A DNA stretch of 64,000 bases, taken from assembly GCA_051294905.1 (NCBI GenBank), contig CM119375.1, positions 24,118,001 through 24,182,000 of the forward strand, read 5' to 3'. Position numbers and translations under genes: made by a program. Positions 49,741 through 63,276 of the stretch are shown one piece after another (the first letter of the stretch is position 1; the number at the start of each line of letters is the position of its first letter). Origin of the DNA: Botryllus schlosseri. Taxonomy: Eukaryota. The notes under the pieces are model-generated. The model was not told the origin of the DNA, did not search any database, and saw only the letters and a list, made by a program, of their open reading frames with translations.

Positions 49741-50240
49741 AAAAGCCTGTGGAATGGTGCACAGTCATTCTGTAACATGCACTTGTCGAGAGTTGGAAAT
49801 ATTGATGCAGCACATTCCGTGAACGCAATTGTGCGGGTAGGCCTATTGACAGGCCGTGTCATTTTTGGCATATGCCAAAACTGCCAAAAATACTAATTTT
49901 TGGCATTTTTTGATTTTTATTTTTGGCAGTTTTGGCATCGTCCTCTAAATAATTTTTATTTTTGGCAGTTTTGGCATCGTCCTCTAAATAGATAGTTTCA
50001 GCCTCGAATGAATTAGTCACAAAAACGCTTTATTTGGGCCAGGCCAGACACCACAAAATGTGCAGCATCCACTTATAATCAGTGCCAACAAACAATAGGA
50101 AGAAGAAAAGCCTAACGATTTCATAGGTTAATAATAATATCAAATGAAACCACAAAAATGTGCAGTATTCATCGGAATCGGTGCCAATATGCGAAAAAGA
50201 AAGAAAGAAAAGCCTAACAAACACGCTCAACAGCTGATTG

Positions 50241-50720
50241 TTACAGCTGTTGAATAGACTTGAACCGTTTGCACTGTAACAGTGCTTCCAAACTCAGGTC
50301 AGCTAAGTTTCTCCTAAATTCATTTCTCGCCCAGAGAATCTGGGAAATATCGGCTTCAACAGTAGCCGTTGAGGGAAAGAATGTTGCCAGTCATCCACGA
50401 AAGGTTTTCAGAGCTTCAAAATAGTTGGAGGGCCGAACCGGCTTCCATGCATCATGAAAAGAGATCACTTCGCCAGTGCCATCGATCTCGTCGCGGAAAG
50501 AATTGTCTTCTCGATCCTTTTCCAGGAGTTTGTTTCGAGTTTGTGTTGTCTCTCAACACATTCTATTTAGTAGCCCGACTATCATTTCTCCTTCAGTCTA
50601 CTGATATATTCACTTCAGGTGGCTTTAATATTACAAGAGTCCTGGGAAGGTTAGCTTGTTCAAGAACATTGACGCAACAAGACTGTCTGGCAAAACGAGA
50701 CTATTCAGCTCAGAAATAGC
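50241..50720 (-). pseudogene. hAT-like transposase C-terminal fragment (...FP.TATVE.D.S...W...R..L.DLSLE.LL.CK)
   Basis: SFHDAWKPVRPSNYFEALKTFRG*LATFFPSTATVEADISQILWARNEFRRNLADLSLEALLQCKRFKSIQQL*. Confidence 0.75.
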
Positions 50721-50939
50721 CAGACATGTTGCGTCACAATGTTCAACTCGATCACAACGCAAAAATCGTGGTTTGATTTTTGGGGTTCCAGTTCCATGAG
50801 CAGAATATAATTTATATTTTAATAATCAGTACTGCAGCAGCTTCTCATTGATACCCGTTTTATCAAATTTAGCGCTCGACAAGCCGGTCAAACATGGTCG
50901 TAAAATTGCCATTGGACAAATGGAAAGTATGACGTAAAC

Positions 50940-51320
50940 CAGTGGTTCCCAACCTTTTTCGACCCATCGCCCCCTTTTCAAGGTCAACACCGATCATCGC
51001 CCCCCCCCCAAATTTGGTGTACCGAAAATTGGGCATACAAACTAATCACCGGCGGGTTGACTAAAAATAAAAAAGGTCAATTTCTCGGCTCGATGTCTAA
51101 TTTGACACACTTTTGTAACTAAATTTCCGTGAGGTGACTAAAAAAAAAACGTCAGCCGTTTTGACGCGTCATCGCCCCCCTATCACCCCCTTCGCTATTT
51201 TCGCCCCCCGTCGCCCCCTTTGTCCATTTGCGCCCCCTGTCGCCCCCTTCGTCATTTTCGCCCCCCTAGACCGCCAAATCGCTCCCTGGGGGGCGATATC
51301 GCCCACGTTGGGAACCACTG
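50940..51320. mobile_element. CAGTGGTTCCC MITE, opposite orientation to the 48527 copy
   Basis: Perfect TIR. Perfect TSD ACGTAAAC (50932-50939, 51321-51328). Confidence 0.93.
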
Positions 51321-52948
51321 ACGTAAACCAAATGCAGTCAGCCGTTCAATCTCGCTGTGCCCACACCATTTACACCATTTATTTACACCATGCCTTCACC
51401 CCTAATGGGTGGGATGGACCCAGATTAGGAAACCTGCCTTTCACAAACGCTCTTCTCGCTTGTAACGCGGTCCTGTTAACACAACACCATGAACGAAATG
51501 AACGAAATGCACTATTTGGCAGGCCGTTTTATTTTTGGCATATGCCAAAAATTGCTTATTTTCGGCATTTTCAAATTTTTATTTTTGGCAGTTTTGGCAT
51601 CCGGCTCCTGAAATGCCAAAAATAACACGGCCTGCCTATTGGGCTACGTAGACAGAAGCAGATTTTCTGTATGATCCATTAGCAAGTATACTTACCTATG
51701 TTGTGTCAAAACTTACGAATGTTGCGGTTATCGTGTCTATACCGAGATGACGTGCAGAATTAAGTGGAGAATTTGAACTAGTAACGCTGTAGGCCCAAAT
51801 GCTTTGTTAAGTGTCTCGTGTTTTATGTACCCTCTCTGGCATGTTAAATAGCTTTAGTCTGTTTGAAAAATATATTACGCTGCATCGAAGGTAGAACAGG
51901 GAAACTATGAGTTTGAATAATCAAACAAAACAGCGGGATCGGAAATTTAGTTCGATTAGAAAAATAATATTCTTTTCTTCGAAATACACTTTAAACCTGG
52001 ACAGAATTCGCATTGAATCATGTCTAGGTTTACTATAATTATCTTCATGTGGGAAATATGGATAAATCGTGCAGTAATATTTTGTTCGCGGGCGACATGT
52101 GGAGTCCCACGTGTCAGCAGCAACTCCACGTGTCAGCTCATAAAATAAATATGACCCAGGGTTGAAGGTTGAACTGGGAGCAAGAGTGAGCATTCTGACA
52201 ATATTCTATAAGTAAAAATAAATCGGGTATTTAGTATGAATATATATCTTCACTGTGCTATATCTGTACTCTAACTGTAAAAGCTAAAATCGTTCGTCGA
52301 ATCGAAGATATGAGGATAAAAAATCATAAAACCGAAATCAACACATTGAATTTTCCATTTGCACAATAACGTCCACTCACACAGAGCATAGACCGACTTT
52401 TTGTGTTGTTCTACATGACAGTGTCATACGCTATCATAATGCCCGATGCTCTTCATAGAAAGCGCGCTGGTACAACAAATAGGCCATCAAGGTTAATCCG
52501 ATAGACAACTAATGCATTTCACCGACTCCGAGGCCGCCGAAAGCACGTGTTTACACAGTGTACTGTAATTGATTTAAATAAAAATCTGTTTTGTCCTAAA
52601 TGCATATATATGCGCAATGCGCAGAGTAAAGGGTATATATCGTCATTTGTGAGGAGGTAGCCTATATCTGACGAGAGTTGACGGCGATTTTATTGGAGAT
52701 TGGGGAATGAACAGACTGCAATACATTTCAAAGAAATTTTACTTGTGGTAAAACGGACTGAGAAATGAAATTGGGAATATGAAATTGGGAATGTGTATAT
52801 ATTCCAACACCATTGTTTCAATGCATCAGTCAAATAGTTAGTGATACAGATAAAGTAAATCCTCCAGTGATACAGATAAACTAAATCCTCCATAGAGTGT
52901 AATTCGCTAGATAAATTTTCGCGATTGCGTACTAGACATTCTGGCATC

Positions 52949-55078
52949 TAGTTTAAATCAGGCTGATTTAAATCAGGTTTTATTCGTTGATTTTTTGTTT
53001 CAAATTTACCAGTTTGATTGATTATTTTGGTTTTTTCAAATTTTCGGACGAGATGCGTGAATATGGTTTATTATCGGACAATTATGTGCATTTTATGTAA
53101 ACCAGAGATAGCATCTCGTCACCGGCGCCGGTATAGTTCAGCTATATTTGACAGACAGACGGGAAAAGAGTCAAGAGCGATAGTCAATCAATATGTTATT
53201 AGCGTTTTGCTAATAGTTAGTTGTCTGCGACAGGCTGCTGCTATTTCCGAGGCACTGGTGGGATACCGCAAACGAAGCGCCATCCGGAGTCTCAATCGAA
53301 TTCGAAGGATTCCCTCAACCATGATCCAGTTGGCTCGCAGAAAACATTCTATCGATCAAGATGAAGATGCAACAATTTTGGATGGTCCTGATTTGACTCA
53401 ACTACTATAACCAGTGTTGCCATCGACATAGACCGAAAAATGAGGACAGTCGAAAAATTAGATTAGCATGAAAAAACGTTTTTGAACATACTTTGTATTT
53501 ATACGAGCAGTGGCATATCACATTCCATACTTTTCGCCAAAAATAATCTGCTCCAGCAACTCCTTGTTATTAGAAAATGCTTCATGGATCTCACGAGAGC
53601 TCAGGTCTAGGTTTACCTTTACTCAGGGCCGAAACAGCACTTCGTCAGCCCCCCCTCTAAAAAAAGTTGATCTTGCCTCCCACCCCCTATAGGGTGATAA
53701 ACCAAACTTCTCCACCTCGTTGCGATTAGAGGCGTCAACCAAGATGGAAAAAGGCCGTCCACCATGTTTAGACAAAATCATTTTTGAGCGTATGGAGCAA
53801 GAACTCGAGTAACAATGCTTGTAGTCTTGGTCCTGGCCGAAAAAATAATTGTGATGTTGGAATCGGGGAATATTGTTTTGAACAATTGCGATGTGAAATC
53901 ATTGGTGAGGAATGAATGATTGTTGGTGTTTGACAGTATGGAATGCCCAGGTACCCTCTGCAGCAGCAGCTGCCTTGTCGTCTGTGGTCGTTGGTGCTGA
54001 TCGACTGGCTCAAATTAATCATTATGACACACTTCTTGCATATTGGGGTATCAATGTGAGTTGAAATAGCGGTCTTTCCTATAGCCTCCAGGTTAATGTC
54101 ACAATTGCAGATATTGCTATGTGCGAAACACTCGCCCTTGAAACTTCGTTAGATATCTTTGAATTCTCTCTCATAATAGTCACGAAAAACGTTTTTACGC
54201 CTGCTCATTTTTACTAATCAGATTTAGCCTTATTAGTAGCTAAAACTATGTGTGCAAGTGCAATATAATTTAGAAATTTTTTTCAATTATTAATAGCTTT
54301 ACTACTTTTTAACCAATGTGTAGACCGCACTGCGCCTTTTTTCACTACGCCTTAAATGCTGCCTTCCCCACCGCTTGAGCTTATTCTGCTGTAGACCAAA
54401 CAGCAGGAACTTGATACTGCTGTTTACTGCTAAAATGACGTCCGCCGTGGTAGCTTGGTACAGACGAAACCAATCACGGCCCGAGCTTTCTCACCACTTA
54501 GAAGTCTAATCTCATAGTGTGTACGTCACGAGAGTTACTTTCCTTTATGATATCATAAAATCTCGACACAAAAGCATAATTTATGAATATTATGCAACAC
54601 AAATACCAGAGGAAAACGATCGAAGTTCTGTAGTGGTTGAAAATAAGACAAAATTAGGACGCAAGTTGAAAATAAGGACATTTCTTAGAAATAAGGACAG
54701 TCGAGTTTTCTAAGAAGTGGGCCTTCAAAAGAAGGACAAATCTTAGAAATAAGGACGGTATGGCAACCCTGACTATAACAGATCAGTAATAATTATGGCG
54801 ACTCATGATTATCACAGGGTAAACGTCTTCAGCTATCACTACCACATAGGTTGAACGTTTCACATATCTGGATGATGATTCAAAGCTCTGCAATAATAAA
54901 GTTTAGGCGTTATGCTTCATCACCTTGATCGACATGGTCGTCATTCATCCCATTTTCTTCTGTTCGTGCTGTTGTTATCAATGCTGTTGTTGTTATGAGT
55001 AAAAAACCAAAAAATCATGATTTGGAATATTTATTTGATTTAAAATCGATTTAAATCAAGCATTGAACCAGAACCATA
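52949..55078. mobile_element. Old GATTTAAATC-type hAT element hosting a nested hAT
   Basis: gatttaaatc motifs at both ends. Flanks ctggcatc / ctgacatg; the duplicate copy of the right flank reads ctggcatg. The left TIR is eroded. Confidence 0.5.
53412..54771 (-). mobile_element. Deleted hAT element (TIR CAGKGTTGCCAT) with a transposase N-terminal half
   Basis: Perfect TSD ACTATAAC (53404-53411, 54772-54779). Minus strand from ATG 54208 reads MSRRKNVF...CFAH..ICNCDINL..IGKTAISTH...AAEGTWAFHTVKHQQSF...RPFSILVDASN. Confidence 0.92.
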
Positions 55079-55683
55079 CTGACATGCAACTCGCCAGAAA
55101 TCCTGACCGCATTTCCCGCGACAAGCAGCCGAAAGTACAACTCGGATGAGTAAAATAGATAAAAATATCGCATTGCTTTTGCATGGAAATTAGAGAACTT
55201 TATTCAATTGCGATTAGTCGGTCTAGTTCGCACATATTCATACCACTTCTAACGTATTTTAATGTGGAAAATATTTACATTCGAACAGAATAATCTATAG
55301 TATTAATAAATATAATACGACTATGTCATATGTTATGCGGTTTTCGCCAAAAAAGGCCGAGTTACATGAAGAGGTATCGGCAATCGCTTCTAGGCCTTTA
55401 TGGCTAAGATCAAGTTTCGAAAGACCTCATACGTTCAACGACAAGGACGCTACACACGCCAGACCAGGAAACCACCTCGAAAAGATTTTACGACCACCTC
55501 CGCTTCAGCAGCTGCTTGCCGCGCCTTTTCCGCTGGTCATCGACATCAACCTCCTGCTACAACATTGGAATCTCCGGAAAGGTTAGTAATTCCGGAGCTA
55601 CAACTCCAATGCCGGCCGGAGATTATTTGTTGCTCAACTAAAACGTAGCCTTCTACGCCGCAACAAAGAGTTAGACCGACGCG

Positions 55684-56899
55684 CAGTGTTGCCAACTCCG
55701 GATGCAAGGAAATCGCTAAAACTGGTGTCAAAAATCGCTAGATGTCGCTAAATATTGAGGAAAAAGCGCTAAAAAATTGCGCTAAATTTGCATTAATCGC
55801 TAAAGGTGTTAAATTGAACCATAATATCAATACATTCTTCTCAGCTATAGTTTACTCGTCTGGGGCCAAAGTCACTTATCATATTTCTAGTTCATAATAC
55901 GTAATAGTCATCTCTAAGCGGGACAAAACGTGCAGTGCATTTCAAAAAGCAGATCGCTATGCGCAATTATCGCTAAACGTAACCACTGACCAGGTTTGCA
56001 GGCATAACCGCTCACTATATAAGCGTGCCTTGCTCCATGCGTCCGTGAATACGTGATGCGATGTACCGTGGAAATGCGCTTGACTTCTCTAAACTGAGTT
56101 GGAGTACTGGAACACGACATGCGACTTACCTCGCTTGCACGCGACATACGACTTGACCCGACACAACACGACTGTAACCGGGTTTGCCAGCCACTAAAAG
56201 TAGAGGCCCAATCCGGAGGATGAAATTTAATGAATCCGATCTTGTACAAGCTAGTGTCACACTGATTCCGACAATACGAATTAAATTCTTGTAAAGACAA
56301 TTGAACGACCTCAAAACAGCCCCCAAAGTCTGAAAACCGGCATTGGTCAGAACAATCGCTGGACGAAATTGGTCATTATTATGCTCATCGTGTTGCGGCG
56401 GTGCCATTGTTGGAGCAATGCTGGTTTTCAGACTTCCGAGGGCTATTTCGGATTGCATGGTTCCATCGTCTTGACAAGATTTTTTGTATTTTCGAAATCA
56501 CTGCGACACTAGCTTTCGATCATGGCCAGTTATATTAAATTTCAGCGCTCGGATCGCCAGATGTAGCACTGCCAATTATGCTACTTTTCGATTACTCAGC
56601 AATAAAAGACACTGTTTGCCCATGCGTAACCGCCAGGAGTTGCGTATATCCGTAGATTAGTAATCTATCATTATATATCATCGTAGTCTGCACTCTGGTG
56701 GCCGGTATAACCGATGCAGTCGTCGGCCAGAATGGATCTTCATTAGTTATTTTCGGTAAAAAAGCGCTAAATAATCGCTAAATACTATTTCAAAAATCGC
56801 CAGATTTATCGCTAGGCGCTAGATCCATATTTTTAGGCGCTATAAACCGGATGAAAAATCGCTAGATCTAGCGCGAAAATCCCTAAATTGGCAACACTG
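55684..56899. mobile_element. Non-autonomous hAT element (TIR CAGTGTTGCCAA, atcgcta subterminal repeats)
   Basis: 12-bp TIR. TSD ccgacgcg / ctgacgcg (7/8, a CpG-type change). Confidence 0.88.
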
Positions 56900-57587
56900 C
56901 TGACGCGCATTCGTAAGGTAAATTTCGTTTTTACCGTCCGCGTTAACATACGTATAGGGCGTAGCAGTGGCACTGCTGGCGCACGAGTAATCAAGTCCGG
57001 CGTGTGTACACAATTACACGTCTGGCCTGCATCCTAACGCGTTCGCTAGTCCTCTCTGCAACCTTAGTTAACCTGTTATTTCTATCTATAATTGTCCGTT
57101 GTTCGTTTGTATTCGCCTTTTCTGTCCCATCCTATAGTGAACGCCGGTGCAGGCCCCTTTACTTCCCGTTATCGTCCTATTTCTCATTTCATTTAATTGT
57201 GGTCGAGAGTTGTTGAGCTTTGCTATATTAATATTATTTGTAATAGGTCGCGACTCCATCACCTCTAGTTAAGTCCGCTCATATTCACGATGGCTAGTGG
57301 AAACATTAGTCCTCTCGTTGTCCCTTACCACGGTCCAGGAACGAGCGTTGTTGTCGTGTGCCCAAAACGAAATTGCGGTATGTCTTTCTCAGCATCTGTT
57401 CGTTCAACGGATCACTTGTTTTTTCGACAGCCTCCAATAGAAGTGTAGGAAATGTTGTGTTTTCACAAGTCCCGTCACCCCGAGTCTGCTATCCTCTTGG
57501 GTTCGGCTTTTAACCAAACTGGAATCCCCTTAAGAAATTTTATTGAACGTCCCGATTAAATACGAGGACAAGAATACATTAAAATCG

Positions 57588-57984
57588 TTTGAAATATTTA
57601 TCTGATTGAAATCGATTTTAATCAAGCATTGAAGTCGATTTTAATCAAGCATTGAACCAGAACCCTACTGGCATGCAACTTGCCATAAATCCTGACCGCG
57701 CATTTCCCACGACAAGCAGCTGAAAGTACTACTCAGATGAGTAAAATAGATAAAAATATCGCATTGCTTTTGCATGGAAATAAAAATATCGCATTGCTTT
57801 TGCATGGAAATTAGAACTTTATTCAATTGCGATTAGTCGGTCTAGTTCGCACATATTCACACCAATTCTAACGTATTTTAATGTAGAAAATATTTACATT
57901 GGAACAGAATAATCTATATAGTATTAATGAATATAATACTACTATATGCCATGTGGTTTTTGCCAAAAAAAGCCGAGTTACATG
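57588..57984 (+). repeat. Direct duplicate of 55021-55368 (hAT right end plus flank)
   Basis: Collinear, roughly 85-90% identical by eye. This copy carries two extra internal tandem duplications. Confidence 0.9.
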
Positions 57985-58530
57985 CCGCAATTCACAGGAC
58001 GCCAACGGCAAGTTTGAGTCGGTGCGTCGAAGCTCCACAATCTTCAAAAGTCACCATCGTCCCGCACAATCACGAAAGAGGAATCGTATCGCCATTCACG
58101 GTGTCTGATACAGCATACCATTATCCGCTGACATACGATCATCACGTCTACCATACACGGATCTGTTTGGCACCCACACCAAACCCTGGACCGAAAACAG
58201 CCAGACGCATTAAGTACCCAGTTGTAATTTACCAGTTGGCGGATATCCCGCTACGTATAACAGTATACGTATAACAGTAACAATCTGTTTAACGGCCGAC
58301 CGGCGACAAGCACGTTATATAACGAGCCACCTTATCCGATGTATCACAGGGGATATATGTTTGCGCCGGCTCTCCATCGAGCTACTTTGTGCTGCAATCA
58401 CGGCTTCCATCATTATTAGGCAGAGTGGATGCGAACTGCCGCGTCACTTTTGCATAGCCTGCATCACTTCCTACGCAGGAATATCAAAGTAAGTTGGGTC
58501 AAATGAACCCGTATCGTCTTATGTAAGCCC

Positions 58531-58961
58531 AACTCATTTTCAGAGTGGGTTAAAATAATGTACAAGTAGGACTAACGTCGTCAGTACAATTAAAATAGAG
58601 ATAGATATTTTCAAGTCGAGTTGGAAGAATCTAAAGTAGATACGAAAAGGAAATGAAAATTTCGCAAGTTGGTGGCGTGATCAACTTTTGGCGTAACTAA
58701 AAAGTCTATTTACGGCATACTACATACTAACTCATTTTCAGAGTGGGTTAAAGTATAATAATTTTTTAAATAATGTACAAGTAGGAGTAACGTCGTCAGT
58801 ACAATAGAGATAGCTATTTTGAAATCGTGTCGGAAGAATCTGAGCTATTTTCAAATCGTGTCGGAAAAATCTGAAGTAAATACGAAAAGGAAATCAAACT
58901 GTCGCAAGTTGGTGGCGTGATAACTTTTGGCGTAACTACAATGTATATTTACGGCATACTA
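58531..58961. repeat. Two-copy ~200-bp tandem duplication
   Basis: aactcattttcagagtgggttaaa...ggcgtaact...tttacggcatacta starts at 58531 and again at 58729. Confidence 0.9.
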
Positions 58962-61273
58962 TGAAGCTTGGAATATATTTCGTAAAACTGTAGCAAACCA
59001 TTTCGTAATTCTAAATCCAGAGTGTAGGCCAGTCTTACGCTGCTTGATTTGAGACTAATACTACATAGTCCGCCACGGTTTTGTAGCCTATTTGAATATA
59101 TCCCATTTTTAGATGGGCATCGGGCTGCTGTCAGAGGAGCCGATCTTTGCCAACAGGAATATGATAATCAACTGACAAGCTTGCGGTCCTCGTGTTCGGT
59201 ATGTTGTAGTTGTTTCTGGTTTGTTTGATTCGCTACATATTGCATCTTCTCGTACTTTACAAGCCGTACTAAAGACGCTGCTGCAACTGCGGAACAGACC
59301 AATCGACACCGTGGAGAAGAGGACCAGGCAAGATTGCATGCGAATGTAACGCTTGCAATCTGTACAGAATACATAGTCGGGTAGCGTCTAAAAAAGCAAT
59401 CTGTACAGAATACATAATCAGGTAGCGTCTAAAAAAAGACAGACTTGTAATTGGGGTTGTATTTCTTGCTTTTTTTATCCCCACGGTCGTTGGTATTGTT
59501 GGATATGTAATCCGCTTCTAATTTGGATGCATTTTTCAGAGGAACCGACCAGCGCGTTTGTGGTACAAGCAAAAGGGAAGAAGGCGGCAAAAGAATAAAA
59601 AGTTCAAAAGGGAAGAAGGCGGCAAAAGAATAAAGTTAAAACTGAGTTGGTGGATCCCAAACATTAGTTGTGATTCTCGGAATCTGTACCGGTCCAGTTT
59701 ATTTCACTGTCGTGAATGACATCTCATGCTGCTGTCCTCGCCTATAAGAATCATGGATGAAATATACCTTTCTTTCCCTCTACCTGTACCACAGTTTCAA
59801 TACGAGACTTCACGCCGACGTTTCGTCAATTTCTTTTGCTTACATGGTATAGCATTACTTGCTGTATTTGGAATGTATCGAATTTCTAATAAAATGAATC
59901 CGATTTTGATACGAAAATCTCTTCATTTGCCAGTCGAGACCAGCGGGATCCTTTTTGACGATTACGAATAAGATTTCACTATTTTCACTAAATCTCTTCA
60001 TTTGCCAGTCGAGACCAGCGGGATCCTTTTTGACGATTACGAATAAGATTTCACTATTTTCACTATGTCTGATCTGTTGATCATTGGAAAAGCTGAATTT
60101 TATTCACAATTCTGAGTTATATGCATCAATAATTATTCCATTCCGAATATTGCAATACCGAATTATAATCAACCGCTGTCGCGTTACAGCGTCACAGGTT
60201 CCATCTCGCTTATAGAAACTCAGCGTCACAGGTTCCATCTCGCTCATAGAAACTCAAACTCTGTAAACGGCGAATAGGTTCAAATAATCGTATAATCTCG
60301 GCGAATAGGTTCAAATAATCGTATAATCTGAGGATGTAATAGTTGAATGAATATTTATATCAATTTGTTGGGAACTCGGAATCAATTCCCTGTGGTTTTC
60401 TCGGATGATCATCGCGCAATATCTATTCAACATAAGCATTATAATTGAAATATATGTGCCGTCTCTCTGACCAACTTTACGCCATCTTCGCCGCCAACAC
60501 GAATTGTGACTTCAATAAATCTTGTTATCTCAGAAAAGAATTGTCACCTTGGGTGGCAAATCTTGTTATCTCAGAAAAGAATTGTCACCCTGGGTAGCTC
60601 GTAAAGCTGATGAGTATGATCCACACATTGAGGGGGGAATCAGACACTGAATCTTCCTTAGCATCAGGGCGGGCTAAATTGATAATTTCAACTGAAATAT
60701 TCAGGATACAAGCGCCGGGAAATTTCCATATAATATTGTCCGAGAGGTTGAGCAACTGCCAAAGTATGGAAAAAGTATCAAATATAGCATGGGAGAACGT
60801 ATCTGTGGTATGGAACGATTGAGGCGTTGAACTCCTGTCCATTAGGCTTGCTGTCATAGCGGTACGAGGAGGAAGAATTCAAAAAAAAATTAGTCGTTCC
60901 CGGAGGACATTTTTGATTTCCTGTATAGGAGGACAAATCCTTCAAAAGCACGACATATGAAAGCTCAGGTCCATGTTTCCACAAAACTCTGAGTTTGGTG
61001 TGAACTTTGTCCTTCTCGGAATTAGGTGTCAATAGCAGAGATTTGTTGCTGATGGCCATTACAGTGAAACTGTAACACCCCTGTCCGATGTGAGCATTTT
61101 TTGTCTTGAAGTATTATTTAATGAAAGTATTTCGTACGAACATTCTTAACATTTGTCAGAAATGTGCTTTCCGAATCGCTTCGCGGGCCGTATGTTCGAC
61201 ACCTCTCAGTGCAGGCTTAGTGCAGAGGTCGATCTGTATGGATTTACAATAGCACGATTTGTATACACCACGA

Positions 61274-61342
61274 CAGTGTTTTTCAACCAGTGGGATGATA
61301 CGCAATTGTGCGAATGAGAAAAATTGCAATTGGTGTGAGAGG
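61274..61342. mobile_element. End fragment of the CAGTGYTTTTCAAC hAT family, cut by the Gypsy LTR
   Basis: cagtgtttttcaacc...tgtgcgaatgagaaaaatt matches the reverse complement of 42005-42063. Confidence 0.6.
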
Positions 61343-63262
61343 TGTGGTGCGCATGAACATCGTGAATCATAGTTGTTACTTTTTTTGGCATGGTGAAGCG
61401 AGAGCTCCTTTTATCGCGAGCGAAAAGAGTAACTGACGCGTAAACGCATCAGTATGCATGCATTGGAAAGGGACGCGCAGCATTCACAAATTGCTAATCA
61501 AATAATCAACATGATCGACGAACGCGCCTTGTAGAGCCGCTGCACCATCCCCCTCCATCGACGGGATTCCTCAGGAACCGTAGTGAGATGGAGGATGCCT
61601 ATTGCGTTTCGATCTTCCTGCAGTTTGAAGATCGCGCGATTGCTCGATCTCACTTGCTTGCCGAGGTGGTCTGCCCCGTCTTGCGGAGCCCATCCACTGG
61701 TTCGTTCAAGTCCATATACGCCGGCTTTGGACGATCGAAGGACACCACTTTTGCTCTCCGCCCATGGATAGCGTATTTGATTTTCGCTGATTTTATCAGA
61801 ACCTATTAAGGTTTGGTCAACGGCGGTCGGTGTGCATCCTTTCGAATGAAGACGTATGTGCATTCTTTCAAACTTGGCGGAACTGCGGTTTTTTTACCGT
61901 GCCTTGTCGCGACATAGGACGTGGAAGGAGATTGCGAATCTTCTCATGTAACGTTGGTAAATCCTGGTGTGCGCTGGTAAATCCTGGTGTGCGCTCTCTC
62001 CTGAAAAAGAAAAAAAAATCGCCCGGAACCGTCAAGGGAGCACCGTGCACAAGTTCGGCCGAAGAGGTGTCTAAATCCTCTTTCGGTGCCTAAAAGAACC
62101 CATGGTAGCTCATCCAGCCAGTTTGGACCAGTTCGTCTCGCCATAAAGGAACTTTTCAAATGTCTATGGAAGCGTTCCACGAGGCCATTGGCATGTGGGT
62201 GGAAACTGGTCATTCTTTGTAGGAGAACGCATAATAGCTGATTGAGTTGGGCAAACAAATGCGAAGTAAATTGCGGTCCCCGATCGGAAGAAATGTGTGC
62301 TGGAATACCGAAGCGTGCCACCCAGTTGGCGATGAAGGATCTAGCGCACGTCAATGTTGTCGAGTCCTCCATTGGTATCGCCTCCGGCCAGCGAGTCAAA
62401 CGATCTACCACTGTCAACAGGTACGTTTTACCTTGGGACATTGGCAATGGTCTCACGATGTCAATGTTTATCGACTGAAAACGAGAAGTTGTGGGTGGAT
62501 AATTCGCTTGCGGCGCCCGAACGTGTGTGTACTTTAGCTCGTTGACACGGAACACATTGTTTTGCCCATAATCCGACCTTTCTTCAACCCCGTACCAAAG
62601 AAATTTTGATGCCACCAGTTTTCGTGCTGTTCCAATCGAAGGATGCGAGAGTCCGTGTACAATTTCAAAAACTTTCCTTCGTCAAGAGGGACCACTGGAC
62701 GTGGCGTGCCTCTGGTAGTGTCGCAAAGTAAAGTAATGCCGGCCGTTCCAAGCGGAACGTCTTCGATGCATATATTTGATATTGTCGTGCGATATGCTTG
62801 TACCTCCGGGCAAGCTGTGCTTTCGCCATTGCCTCATAATCCAAGTCGAGTAATGGGTTCTGGACGTCAAAAATTGCAATTTGTGAAAGAGCGTCGGTTA
62901 CACGATTGTTTTTCCCATTAATGTGCTGAATATCTGTCCAAGGTTCTGATATCTTAGCATATGCGAACATCGGTGGCTTGTGGTCGGTAAAGGCTGTAAA
63001 GTTGCAGCCCTCAAGAATATACCGGAAATGGTGAATAGCAAGGTGCAGAGCCAACAATTCCCGATCAAACGGACTGTACTTGAGTTCCGGTGGTCAGATG
63101 TGCTTACTGAAAAACCATAATGGCCTCCAGCGTTGGGTTTATGAATTGCTCCAAGACTGTCCCAACGGCGTATTGCGATGCATCTACCGTCAAAGCAGTC
63201 TTTGCCTCTGTTGAAGGATGATGGAGAAGTGTGGAGCTGGCTAGAGCGTTTTTTACTCTTAC
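61343..63262 (-). mobile_element. Gypsy (CsRn1-like) retrotransposon: RNase H + integrase fragments and 3' LTR (61343-61542)
   Basis: TLLHHP...ALTVDASQYAVGTVLEQ; FTDHKP; HGLSHP; IDIVRPLP..QGKTYLLTVVDRLTRWPEAIP; SDRGPQF; HPHANGLVERFHR; WLDELPWVLLG. PPT ggagggggat precedes TGCAGCGG...CACCACA. Many frameshifts. Confidence 0.95.
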
Positions 63263-63276
63263 CACTGCAGTATCCA

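Larger units (their letters stand above)
49850..51634 (-). mobile_element. hAT-like element (TIR CAGGCCGTGT) with a transposase C-terminus and a nested MITE
   Basis: TIR caggccgtgt(c/t)atttttggcat, TSD cctattga / cctattgg (7/8), tttggca subterminal repeats. An extra left-end copy sits at 51520. Confidence 0.8.

Noticed and set aside
51134-51625. 163-aa ORF and similar ORFs at 588, 5356 (N-terminal part), 7994, 23171, 41864 (N-terminal part)
   Set aside because: They run through GC-rich MITE or subterminal repeats and are by-products of repeat composition.
55400-55648. Basic N-terminus resembling a CRESS-virus capsid
   Set aside because: Only an 82-aa ORF, no jelly-roll-length frame and no Rep nearby; composition alone is insufficient.
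59100-59620. LPDYVFCTDCKRYI as a BED finger of another hAT
   Set aside because: Only a CxxC is visible, with no His pair or element ends; left unassigned.
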